Positions 31,319 to 41,402 of a DNA stretch of 64,000 nt are shown here, in pieces; positions within the stretch are counted from its first letter, which is position 1; each line of letters opens with the position of its first letter. The DNA is taken from positions 49,959 through 113,958 of the forward strand of contig VRVR01000058.1 in the NCBI GenBank assembly GCA_009859145.1, written 5' to 3'. The DNA comes from Andalucia godoyi And28 (Eukaryota > Protista > Jakobida). Both the position numbers and the translations under genes were made by a program. Under the pieces are notes generated by a model that saw nothing but the letters and a program-made list of their open reading frames with translations, ran no database searches and had not been told where the DNA came from.

Positions 31319-31739
31319 TCCCTCTCCTCTCGGCTCGCAGTTCGCACGCGTCCAACCTTCCGACGCCAGTCAGCAATCCGTAATCCGCACTGCACCGTGT
31401 TCACAAAGCATAGTCCGCGGTTTGGACTTGGGAGTTCGAGAGCTTCTCCAAGTTTCTCGAGATTCAGATTTGAGACTTGCGGATTGAGACTGCAGAGGGG
31501 CTTCGGTGCACCCCGATTTGCGTAGGTTCACGTGATGCAAGAATGCTTCGTTTTGGCTCGACAACGCCAGGGCACCACAAAGAAGCAGGGTGCAAATCGG
31601 TGAAGCGACTGATATCGGTCGTTGCATGGGGTTTCTGTGTGGTGCTTTTACGTAATTCATACTTGTGTGTTTGGTTGTAGAGCGTGTGCGATACGGCAGG
31701 CAGTGCAAATTGTACGAGCGCATGGATGAGGGTGGTTAG

Positions 31740-33593
31740 ATGAAGAAAAAGTACACAGTTACCGAGCTTTATGGCCTCGGTCCGCAGCCGCTTCCCAGAC
31801 TACCGCTGTCTGTGTGGTCTCGTGCGCTGACGTACTGCGCAGCCGGGACGGTGTTCCGTTGCTCCTTGGTGTGCAGTGGGTTCCAGTCTCTCGTGCTGAC
31901 TGCATGTCCAGTCTTGGTGGAGACGCATAAAGACCGACTCGATGCAAAAGCCCTTGAACACTTGCTTTTGAACTGCGTGAATATATGCATTCTGGACCTC
32001 TCTGGACCCTGTGCGTCGTCGTTTACGGATGATCTTGCGGCGACTTTCATGTCTAATAATGCCCACTCGATCTATTCGGTCGCCGTCAGTGGCTGCGAAT
32101 CCCTCGAGTCGTTCCCGATCCCGCTATCCGGTCTTGCACATCTGTCGCTGAACGAATGTTATCGACTGGATCACATCGAGTGCTTCGGCAAGTGCCCGGC
32201 GCTTTCCAGACTTGATATCTCGAATTGTGAGAAACTCGATGTCGAATTGCTCTCGCGATCGATCGCAGCATTCCCCTCCCTTGCTTGGCTCGAGATACGG
32301 GACTGGAACGCAGTTTCGCGACTCGCTTTCCGCCATTCCAATTTGCAGCATTTGGACGTATCAGGATGCAAGAACCTAAAATTCTTGTCGCTGTTTACTC
32401 CAAAGCTGCAGGAACTTGTCGCCGTGCGCTGTGAGTCAATGTCTGCAGACAGTTGGAGAGAGCTCATCAGTTCGTCACCACTGCTCCAATATGTCACTCT
32501 GTCTACCGGAGCTGGCATCCGAGATCTGGAGGTGGTATCCAATGTCCTCAAAAACCTCGTGATCCGGCCTCCGTCCACCAATTTGGATACTTTGGTAGTC
32601 AGGGCTCCAGCGTTGGGCTCCATTGCACTGTCTGCCCCTTTTCTGTCCGCCGTGGATCTGGTTCTTGGTGAGCTTCCAAAGCTCGCAGAAATTGAGTTGT
32701 ACGACTGTACTTCCCTCTCTCGGCTTGCCGTCTCCTCTTCAGGAGATCCAATGCGGGCGGATCGACAATCGCTGGGATATGCCGCTGGAGACTGCGTACC
32801 AAGTTTGGAAGTCCTTCGGGTTCGATACTCTTCATTTATTTGCATGCTTCCGTCAGATGCACGGACTGTGGCTGCGTTCCACGACGCCCAGCGCCTCTTT
32901 CAGTCGCAGAGATATGCATTTATTGAGGATCGCTCTACAAGACTGGGAAGTGCATTTGCTCCGTTTTCTCAGCTGAAGTCGGTGCTCTTGTACGAATGTC
33001 CGGATCCAACACTGGACGTGGTGTTGTTCTGTTTGTGCGCAACTGCCGAGAATTTAGAGGTCCTCACTGTGTGGAATTGTCCTGGAGTAGAGCACCTGCA
33101 CATCCAGTCTCGAAATGTCAAGGAGATCGTACTTCGAGACTGCAGGAACATTCGCTCCTTCTCCTTGCACACTGCGCAGCTTCGGTCCCTGACGTTCTTT
33201 GCCGACACACCACATTTATCAAGATCCACAGGGAAGTTCTCTGACACCCCGGTGTCACTGTGCTTTCCGGACGAGACAAGGTCATCCATCCGCTTTCTTC
33301 TTGTTAATGAATACGCTTTTGAGCTCCTCCGGATCTCGGCCCTTCTCCTGCCCTGTGTCACGAATATTTCACTGAGTTGCTCCACAGCATTCTTCCCGTC
33401 GACGACGGAATACGCATTCTCGCACTTCCCTTCTCTGTCCCTGATTGATATTTTCTTTGCTTCTGACGACCTCCTGTTGAAAGTCCCAAGCGACGAACGC
33501 ATGAACGTCTTAGGAATTTCCAAAGTACTGAATGACAAATCTGAGAAAGTAACTTGCCTCCGACTTTGCCCATTGCGCTCTTCAGACTGCTAA
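31740..33593 (+). CDS. F-box / leucine-rich repeat protein
   Basis: F-box LPLSVWSRALTYC...VFRCSLVCSGFQSL; repeated LxxLxLxxC units (LQHLDVSGCKNL, LEVLTVWNCPGV, VKEIVLRDCRNI). Confidence 0.85.
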   Translation: MKKKYTVTELYGLGPQPLPRLPLSVWSRALTYCAAGTVFRCSLVCSGFQSLVLTACPVLVETHKDRLDAKALEHLLLNCVNICILDLSGPCASSFTDDLAATFMSNNAHSIYSVAVSGCESLESFPIPLSGLAHLSLNECYRLDHIECFGKCPALSRLDISNCEKLDVELLSRSIAAFPSLAWLEIRDWNAVSRLAFRHSNLQHLDVSGCKNLKFLSLFTPKLQELVAVRCESMSADSWRELISSSPLLQYVTLSTGAGIRDLEVVSNVLKNLVIRPPSTNLDTLVVRAPALGSIALSAPFLSAVDLVLGELPKLAEIELYDCTSLSRLAVSSSGDPMRADRQSLGYAAGDCVPSLEVLRVRYSSFICMLPSDARTVAAFHDAQRLFQSQRYAFIEDRSTRLGSAFAPFSQLKSVLLYECPDPTLDVVLFCLCATAENLEVLTVWNCPGVEHLHIQSRNVKEIVLRDCRNIRSFSLHTAQLRSLTFFADTPHLSRSTGKFSDTPVSLCFPDETRSSIRFLLVNEYAFELLRISALLLPCVTNISLSCSTAFFPSTTEYAFSHFPSLSLIDIFFASDDLLLKVPSDERMNVLGISKVLNDKSEKVTCLRLCPLRSSDC

Positions 33594-33881
33594 CAGAATT
33601 GAACATGTCGGGTATGCATAAACCTGCTGTCCACTTTGTTTGTCACTTGGTAATTTGCGTGCCATCCGGGACTCGACCTCATGATATACGTTCTTTTTCT
33701 CTCCAGCGGAGCGTTGTTAAGTTTCATTAGGCTCAAAAAATCATCGATTTTCAAAGTGGAGTTATGAAACCTGCCCCGACTGTCGGCATCGGAGTAGAAC
33801 AGCACCTGCCGACGTGTTGATCACATGATGTTCCTTACTGCCGTTCCGAACGGAACAATTGCCAGAATGCGTTTTAACTAT

Positions 33882-34105
33882 TGTCGTATATCCAGTTAAA
33901 GATATAACCAGGGATAATAAAAGATAGTTTTGTGTGTGATTTATTACAGAGAGAAAACAAAAACAGACAAATAAACAAATAAACAAACAGCTCCTTAAAT
34001 ACAAACTCAGAGCACTTCTCTCCTATAACCTCATACGTCATTGAATACGTCATAAGTACGTCAAATGCAGTTGAATGTAGTCAGTTCAGACACTGTTACT
34101 CAACA
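33882..34105 (-). repeat. LTR copy A (same sense as pol)
   Basis: On the minus strand reads TGTTGAG...ACA with three TGACGT motifs, a TATTTAA box and AATAAA; 221/224 identical (by eye) to the reverse complement of 36159-36382. Confidence 0.9.
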
Positions 34106-36158
34106 CAGGTTTCACAGTACCTGCCAAGTAACGCATAATCCGCTTGACTGTTGTCCGGTGTTCTGCCTTTGGAGATTCCAAGAATCTGCTCACATAACTG
34201 ACAGAAAACGCAATGTCTGGACGAGTTCCTACCATCAGGTGCATTAGACATCCAACAGCTTGACGATAAAGTCCTGAATCCACTGAATTCGGTCCATTTT
34301 GATTGTTCTGCCCTTCCATAGGAGTGCTAACTGTGCCACAGTTCTCCATTCCAATTTCTTCAGTATCCACACGAGTTTTTCCTTGCCCTTTTCGATCGTT
34401 CCATCTGATTGTTCCATAAAAACCTCCTCTTCCAAATTCCCGTTCAGAAATGCTGTCTTCACATCCATTTGATGCACTTCAAACCGTTCCAGTGCTGCTA
34501 TTGCCAATATTGTTCGAATACTGCTGAACTTCGCCACTGGTGCAAACGTTTCTGTAAAATCAATTCCGGGATTCTGACCATATCCACTTGCAACCAGTCG
34601 CGCCTTGTACCGTTCCACATTCCCGTTAGCATCCTTCTTGATCCGAAAAATCCATCGACATCCGATTGCCTTTCCACACTGAGGCAACTCATTCAACTCG
34701 TATACATCGTTCTTCCGAATCGAATCCATTTCCGTACGTATGGCTTCCATCCAATTTGCAGAATCCGCACTTGCTAATGCATCGCCAACAGAACTGGGTT
34801 CAGTATCAACCGTGTTTGCACTCGCATCGGTTTCCCACCAGTTTGAATTTGCACGATGCACTCTTGTTGAACGACACAGGGTCAGTGCTCCCTCTTGTCG
34901 CGATACTGGATTCTCACTGACTTGCAACTCGCCATCTTCAACGTTTTCCTCAGGTAGCACCAACGTCTAGTTTCATCCTCGCCCGTTCCATGCGCGTTAG
35001 TAGCACACATACTTGTCTCATTGAACTGCACATTCCGACTGACAACAATCCTACCAGTCCCTTGATCGTAGATCCGATATCCTTTTACTCCATTGTCATA
35101 TAGAAAGCCAGTAACCACTCCTTTCTTGACCTTACTGTCCAACTTGGTTTGCGACCCATCTTCAAGTAAGACATATGCATCGCATCCGAACAGCCTGAAA
35201 TGACTCGCATCCGGTTTCGATCCACTGAACTGTTCCACGGGAGTCTTGTTTCCGAGAGCAGCATCTGGACAGCGATTCTTCACATGCACTGCAGTTGCGA
35301 CTGCATCAAACCAGAATAACTTGTCCACCGTGCATGCTGCAACATCGTTCTTGACATCTCCATTACCGAACCATTGCTGCGTGCTGCCATTCCGTTTTGT
35401 TGCGGTGTGTACGTAGCCGACCTTTGGTGCACGATGCCTGCTTCTCCTCGGACTCATATTCCCCCTCCGTTGTCTGACCTGAATATCTTGATCTTCCGCC
35501 CGGTCTGAGTCCCACCATTGCCTTGAACTCCTTGAACCTAACGATCACCTCACTCTTGGCCCTTAATGCATAAACCCATATCATCCAAGAATAGTCATCC
35601 ACAAACTCCACATAGTATAGGTATCCCGAGTACGTTGCTATGGACATTGGACCGACAACATTCGAGTGGACCAGGTCCAGAACATCACGAACGCCACTGT
35701 GATCAGCCGCTCTGGGAACATTTGCTGCATGCTGCTTACCTTCCAGACATACTTCGCAAAAACTCATCTCCTTTTCAATGTGAGCAGTGCCCAGACCTGC
35801 CACCATCTCACGAGTTTTCATTTGCAAGATTGCCGACGGAGCAATGTGGCCCATGCGACGGTGCCACAATTCTGTCTCCGCACTTCCGTTTGCCACCGCG
35901 AATGCACGAGCAGACGAACACACAATGCCTCCTTCAGCATCCACAATCTTTCATTTTCCTTCTTCGAACATTGTTCGGTATCCGCGGTCCATTAAATGGG
36001 CCACCGACAACAAATTTGTATTCAGATCAGGAATATGTAAGACACTATTCGACAACCTTGCACATCTTTTCACCATCTCGCAACAACAACTCGACACATC
36101 CACTACCGACTATTTTCGCGGCTTTTCCATCCACCATTCTGACCGATCTACCCTGCAC
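34106..36158 (-). pseudogene. Copia pol remnant (protease C-terminal half, GAG-pre-integrase, integrase, RT), frameshifted and deleted
   Basis: VLHIPDLNTNLLSV; LWHRRMGH...FCEVCLEGKQH; HSNVVGP (D to N); RSDNGGEY; TPQQNGMAARSN (E to A); RYKARLVA, FAPVAKFSSIR, QMDVKTAFLNG; TRPDIAFSVS, RIMRYLAGT. The YVDD region and RNase H are absent. Confidence 0.9.
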
Positions 36159-36382
36159 TGTTGAGTAACAGTGTCTGAACTGACTACATTCAACTGCATT
36201 TGACGTACTTATGACGTATTCAATGACGTATGAGGTTATAGGAGAGAAGTGCTCTGAGTTTGTATTTAAGGAGCTGTTTGTTTATTTGTTTATTTGTCTG
36301 TTTTTGTTTTCTCTCTATAATAAATCACACACAAAACTATCTTTTATTATCCCTGGTTATATCTTTAACTGGATATATTACA
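36159..36382 (+). repeat. LTR copy B (inverted relative to pol and to copy A)
   Basis: Plus strand reads TGTTGAG...TTACA; reverse complement of copy A with 3 mismatches. Confidence 0.9.
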
Positions 36383-37475
36383 ATAAAGATGCCATCAGAA
36401 GATCTGTCCGGCAGCTGCAAAATCGTCAATGTCAAACCGCCTTGTCCATTATGCATGTGAACAGTGATAGAGGAACTTCTTCCGATATTCGCTAGCGGTG
36501 TGAATCCTGCAGGGTGGAAAATGAGGAAACAAACACTTCGCAGCTGATTTTATAGAATATTCCAAAGTTTTGTTCTGCAGAATTTGACGGGCACACTCAC
36601 GCGTTTCGCAGCCGAATTGTTGACCCGCTGGTAAGCTGGATGTTGAAATCAAAATATATCACCATTTGTCAGCCGATTCTGACAAGTTCTCCCCGAGGGC
36701 TGACGGAATCCCAGAAGGTGTCTACTCGAATTTTCTCGGAAGGCCGTCTTGTCTTACAACACTTTGAGAAGTGGAAATGCGGCCACGCACTGCTGGTTTC
36801 AGACACATCCGATCCGTGTTCAGAACTGAAGTGCGTAAAAATGCTTCACGGTATTTGCTTACACTGTCATTAATTTTTGTGAAATTTGCGTTCATCTTAT
36901 CCCCAAGTAGTTGACAGATTCTTCGACACGGTGGTTGTCATTTCTGCATTCTGTCTTGCACGAAATTCAATAGAATGATTCTCATTCATGTGGTGTTCCT
37001 CCCGCTAAATCGCGCGTTTTTATCTGCACTGACGTTCTTGTTGTTCGTTTTTTAAACCTGCAGTGCAGTCTTTGGCCAAACCGCATTTGGCGCGGTTACA
37101 AATGGCACTCGAAGTGAGGATTTTCCTAGTTTGACGTTTCCCGCGATCTGAATGCTTGCCACGGAACTGCCGTGTGTTACTTCGCGGATCTCCTGCTTCG
37201 GTATTCATCCTGTCTTGTTTCCGTCCGAGTCTTCGTTTGACGCTCGTTGGATTTCTCAGGATTTTTGTCACTGTGCTGAAGAGTTGGTTGACCAATTGCC
37301 GTCGACAACGAGGTCTGAGTGAAAAATTCTTATCAAAAGGCATTTTACATTCGGAGGAAGACGGAATTTTTGTCCAACCTCGGAACATCTTCTTCACGAA
37401 CCGTCAATTTCTTCCCCCTTCGTTACTCCTGAAAAAGCAAGATCTATGACAATAGCAAACCGCACCATCCTGATT

Positions 37476-39230
37476 TCAAGGCGGCAATTCGTCAGTATTC
37501 AGCACGATTTGTTGCATCGTCTCGCACAATTTCATCACTTGCTTCATGACCGCTTTTAATCGAGCATTTTCTTCTCGCAGATCATCCATTTCTTGCGCCA
37601 TGGAATTGCATGAGGACTGATATTCTTCTTGAAATCGCATTAGTTCCGCGCGTCGTGCGTCCCAGACTGCTTCGAACTGTCTTCTTCGTTCTTCGTTTTC
37701 CGTCGGATTCAAATTCGAATCACCACTTTTTTTCCGAGACGAAGACAAGTTCACCACCTTGGTGATGGCAACTTGGTGAAAATGATACACACAGGCCTTT
37801 TCCAAGGATGAGAGCCATCGTAATAAGATTGCCACACATTTGTGGGACGCCTGCATCGGTGAACTGCCAACGGCGCCCAGTCGACGGACCTGCTGCTTCA
37901 GAATTCGAAACTGAGCATCTGCAAGATGACACGGATGAAGTTCGTGAACCACAAGACGGAAATCGGCTGTCCTCCGAACCTCCGACCATGTTAAATTGTC
38001 GCGTCCAACCAACTGTCCAACCAGATCGACGATCAGTGCAAGGAGTTTAGGTGGAGTTGACCATGACCGGATCTCTGTCCACAGAAACTCTGAAAACTCC
38101 TCACGAACGTACAACTGAAAAGGTTCATTCGTGGGGTGTTTTCGGTAGCGAGGACCTCGGAGTTTCTTCAAAATTGCGGCCAATGATGGGCCAAGAGATG
38201 GCTCCTTTGTGGAAACAGCGGCGTTGGCTCGCACTGAATTCAGCAACCGGAGTTCAAAGATATCGGCTGGAATGACCTTTGTCGCATAAACAGAATGCGA
38301 GTCTAAATCGGAAATGTAAAGTCTTCTGGAATGCACATCATACGTCAAATCATAAGGAGATTGCAAGACGGAAGCAGGAGCGACTGGGTGATGGAACTTC
38401 AGGGAAAAGCTGCGGACATCAACAATCAAGGCAGAAACGGATGGATCCGTTGCCGAGCCCTTATTTCCTTCAGCATCGAGAGTCTCCGGAGCCCTTGATG
38501 CGGCAAGATGAGACACCACCAAGCATACATAATCTGCCGTCTCCTCCAGTAACAAGCATTTTCGAGGCAGGACGATCTGGGGATGCGTAACCGTTCCGAG
38601 CAGCACGCCATCCGCCAAGCGGACCACTAACAAACAGGATTTCCCGCTGTCGCACAAAACCATGATTCCGGACTGAGCACACACAAGGATTCCATCCAGC
38701 TCAGAATGTGGATTCTTTGTTCGGAAAAACTCGGTCGCCGTCTTGAATGCTCCGGACTGCATCGATCGCACAGCCTTCCAAACACAATGGTCATCTGTGA
38801 CATATAGCACAGTGTCTTCTGAATTCCCTTGTACACATGCAGCAATGCCGTGCGATGTTGTGACATTGGATTCAAATGCAGAAATGGAGCCTACGTACTG
38901 TTCCTTGATGAAGAATACTCTACCGGTGTCAAGTTCGGCCCCATAGACGACTCCATTGACAGGATCATAGGTCATCGCTTCTATAGCTGTGAACGCTGCT
39001 TCTCGTGCAGCTCCGTCTTTTGAACCGTACGTACCGCCGCCTGCGAACGGTGAAACGGTCCCAGTTGTAAGTGCCAGCGACATGACACGGTTCAGCGTCG
39101 GAGAACTAAACAATAGAGACTGGGAATCCCCCATGAATGCAAGAGAGGTTGGAGAATCCACTGGGTCCGCGGCCGACACTGGCAGCTGGCCAGGAACCGC
39201 GGTAGAGCCATTTCCAAGTATTCGCTCCAT
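37476..39230 (-). CDS. NHL-repeat beta-propeller protein with C-terminal coiled coil
   Basis: VSPFAGGGTYGSKDGAAREAAFTAI...YDP; LQSPYDLTYD...LYISDLDSHSV; C-terminal AQEMDDLREENARLKAVMKQV. First ATG at 39230. Confidence 0.75.
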   Translation of the reverse strand: MERILGNGSTAVPGQLPVSAADPVDSPTSLAFMGDSQSLLFSSPTLNRVMSLALTTGTVSPFAGGGTYGSKDGAAREAAFTAIEAMTYDPVNGVVYGAELDTGRVFFIKEQYVGSISAFESNVTTSHGIAACVQGNSEDTVLYVTDDHCVWKAVRSMQSGAFKTATEFFRTKNPHSELDGILVCAQSGIMVLCDSGKSCLLVVRLADGVLLGTVTHPQIVLPRKCLLLEETADYVCLVVSHLAASRAPETLDAEGNKGSATDPSVSALIVDVRSFSLKFHHPVAPASVLQSPYDLTYDVHSRRLYISDLDSHSVYATKVIPADIFELRLLNSVRANAAVSTKEPSLGPSLAAILKKLRGPRYRKHPTNEPFQLYVREEFSEFLWTEIRSWSTPPKLLALIVDLVGQLVGRDNLTWSEVRRTADFRLVVHELHPCHLADAQFRILKQQVRRLGAVGSSPMQASHKCVAILLRWLSSLEKACVYHFHQVAITKVVNLSSSRKKSGDSNLNPTENEERRRQFEAVWDARRAELMRFQEEYQSSCNSMAQEMDDLREENARLKAVMKQVMKLCETMQQIVLNTDELPP

Positions 39231-39458
39231 ACCAGCACACACCCACCTCTCCTCAAATGAAATATTCTTGAATTATGAACGGAACGGAAAATACGACTGA
39301 GCGCGTGTTCGTTGTTCCTTCTGCGGAGGGGACCGCTTATGGGTGCTTCCCAGTCGACTTTCATCGACCATGTGCTTCCTTAGCTTGTCATCAAAAGCGA
39401 TTGCCTCTTCGGTGCTTCCGTCGGGTTCACGGTTGGTGGGTGTGCTGTTTCGTAGTGC

Positions 39459-40967
39459 ATGTTTGGGTGTGGCTGTCTGCGTCGTCTCTTATACAACCGA
39501 AGTAGGCTCTTCTTCTCTGATTCAGCACCGCTTCGAGCTGCCATGTCAAAGCGCACGGACCCTCCTGCAGTGCACTCGGACTCGGATGAATCCGAGGAGA
39601 TTGATCTGGATGACGGGGTCCCGATTGACCCCTCTCAGGACTACTCGCGGTTCCTGACTCCAGTCCTGGTGTCAGAGTTCCAGCAGAAGCTTCTTGCGTG
39701 GTATGACAAATCCTGTCGGAATCTTCCGTGGAGAATTCCGCCTCCGAACTTTTCGGCGACTCTGCTGGAATCTCGAAAGGCAAAGACAAATCATCCGTTG
39801 CACGAAGTGGAGGACATTGGATATCACGTGTGGGTGTCCGAAGTGATGTTGCAGCAAACCCGCGTGGCCGCAGTCATCGATTATTACAAAAAATGGATGA
39901 AGCAGTTTCCTACTGCCGCGTCCTTGGCTGCTGCGTCGCTGGATCAGGTTAATGCGGCCTGGCAGGGATTAGGGTACTATCGCAGAGCCAAGTTGTTACA
40001 TGAGGGCGCGCAGCGCGTGGTATCAGAGTATTCCGGAAACCTTCCGCGAAATTCTTCAATGCTCGAAGACATACCAGGCATCGGAAAGTACACTGCAGGC
40101 GCTGTTGCTTCGATTGCTTATGGCGAGCCCGCTCCTGTTGTTGACGGGAATGTTCTTCGAGTGTATTCGAGGCTTTTTGCAATTGGTGATGACATCAAGG
40201 CTCCAGCAACGGTCAAAAAGTTTTGGGCACTAGCCGGGAAACTCGTTCATTCTCAACGACCGGGAGACTTTAATCAGTCTCTCATGGAACTCGGGGCTGT
40301 TGTCTGTGTTCCCAAGCAACCCGCTTGTATGCGATGTCCTGTGAAATCCCTTTGTCGTGCGTATGCTAGTGCTGAAGTGCAAATGTATCCTGTTGCATCC
40401 AAGAAAGCAGCACAGCGGCGACAGACCGTGAACGTTTTCATTTTGCGTGATGGTGATCAGTACCTGTTGCATCAGAGACCGGAAACCGGGTTGCTAGCCG
40501 GCATGTGGGAGTTTCCTTGTGTTCTGACCAGCAGTACGGAACATAGCCGTGAAAATGACCCCGAAATGGTTCCCTATGCACTGCTCAACAATCTTAGGGT
40601 TCCGGTTCTGTACAAGGGTGCGTACATCCATATTTTTTCGCACATTCGGCAGCTGTTGCATGTGCACCTTGTGGATATTTCTGACGATGCAAATGTTCGC
40701 ATTTCCATTGATTCTGCAATATTGGGTATGCGAGAGAGGAAATGGGTATCAAGAGACGAAATGCGGAAGGTAGCGGTTGCCACGGTTATGAAGCGTGTGC
40801 TCGACGTCGCTTTGGGTGTCCTGCCGTCTGTTTCTCTGGACAAGAAGAATTCAAATGAGGTTTCGGTGAAAACCGACGCTGCTTCAACTGGTGCACAGCT
40901 TTCTCACGGGCAAAAGAGTATTCAAGATTTCTTCTCCTCCCCTGCAGTGAAACGTGCTCGAAGATGA
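39459..40967 (+). CDS. MUTYH: Adenine DNA glycosylase MutY/MUTYH
   Basis: WY...RNLPWR, VWVSEVMLQQTRV, GLGYYRRA, HhH IPGIGKYTAGAV, VVDGNV, [4Fe-4S] CVPKQPACMRCPVKSLC, NUDIX-like GLLAGMWEFP, HIFSH, C-terminal PIP-box QKSIQDFF. Confidence 0.95.
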   Translation: MFGCGCLRRLLYNRSRLFFSDSAPLRAAMSKRTDPPAVHSDSDESEEIDLDDGVPIDPSQDYSRFLTPVLVSEFQQKLLAWYDKSCRNLPWRIPPPNFSATLLESRKAKTNHPLHEVEDIGYHVWVSEVMLQQTRVAAVIDYYKKWMKQFPTAASLAAASLDQVNAAWQGLGYYRRAKLLHEGAQRVVSEYSGNLPRNSSMLEDIPGIGKYTAGAVASIAYGEPAPVVDGNVLRVYSRLFAIGDDIKAPATVKKFWALAGKLVHSQRPGDFNQSLMELGAVVCVPKQPACMRCPVKSLCRAYASAEVQMYPVASKKAAQRRQTVNVFILRDGDQYLLHQRPETGLLAGMWEFPCVLTSSTEHSRENDPEMVPYALLNNLRVPVLYKGAYIHIFSHIRQLLHVHLVDISDDANVRISIDSAILGMRERKWVSRDEMRKVAVATVMKRVLDVALGVLPSVSLDKKNSNEVSVKTDAASTGAQLSHGQKSIQDFFSSPAVKRARR

Positions 40968-41402
40968 TTAAATGTGTTGCGATTTTTTTCGTGCTTGTAA
41001 TTTTCGCCTACTCAACAACCAGTGTTCACCTCTGTCACGTCACTGTTCCCACTCTGTCGTGGTAAGCAATTAAAAAAGTCCTCTGCAGGAAAATACATAA
41101 TAGTCGAGAACATAACTGATTCCATCGCGCAGCGATCACTTGCACTGCACAAAAAGCACCGTGCTCCAGAGTCTTCGTGCAGGTGGCGATCCCTGCATGC
41201 AGCACGCACAACTCACGCAGCTGGAGCAGACTGTCGGAGGTCAGGAATACGTCATTCTTCCTTTGTCGGTACGTACGCATTCAAGGTTGCTCTTGAGGTA
41301 ATTAAAGCCGAGCCAACGTTCAGAAGAACAAATTGCGCAAAGGACGATGAAGAGAATGTCTTTATCATGTATTCTCCTGTCCCATTTTGTGTTTTTGTGC
41401 TG

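Larger units (their letters stand above)
33882..36382 (-). mobile_element. Degenerate Ty1/copia retrotransposon derivative bounded by inverted 224-bp LTRs
   Basis: Internal protease/GAG-pre/integrase/RT fragments on the minus strand; terminal 224-bp repeats with TG...CA ends, reverse-complementary to each other. Confidence 0.9.

Noticed and set aside
33590-33805. YSDAD peptide beyond LTR A, resembling the start of copia RNase H
   Set aside because: The following residues do not match the WAG...RRSTSG consensus; treated as coincidence.
33877-36387. 5-bp target-site duplication around the copia unit or around each LTR
   Set aside because: Outer flanks ACTAT vs ATAAA, and inner junction flanks CAGGT and TGCAC, do not match in any pairing.
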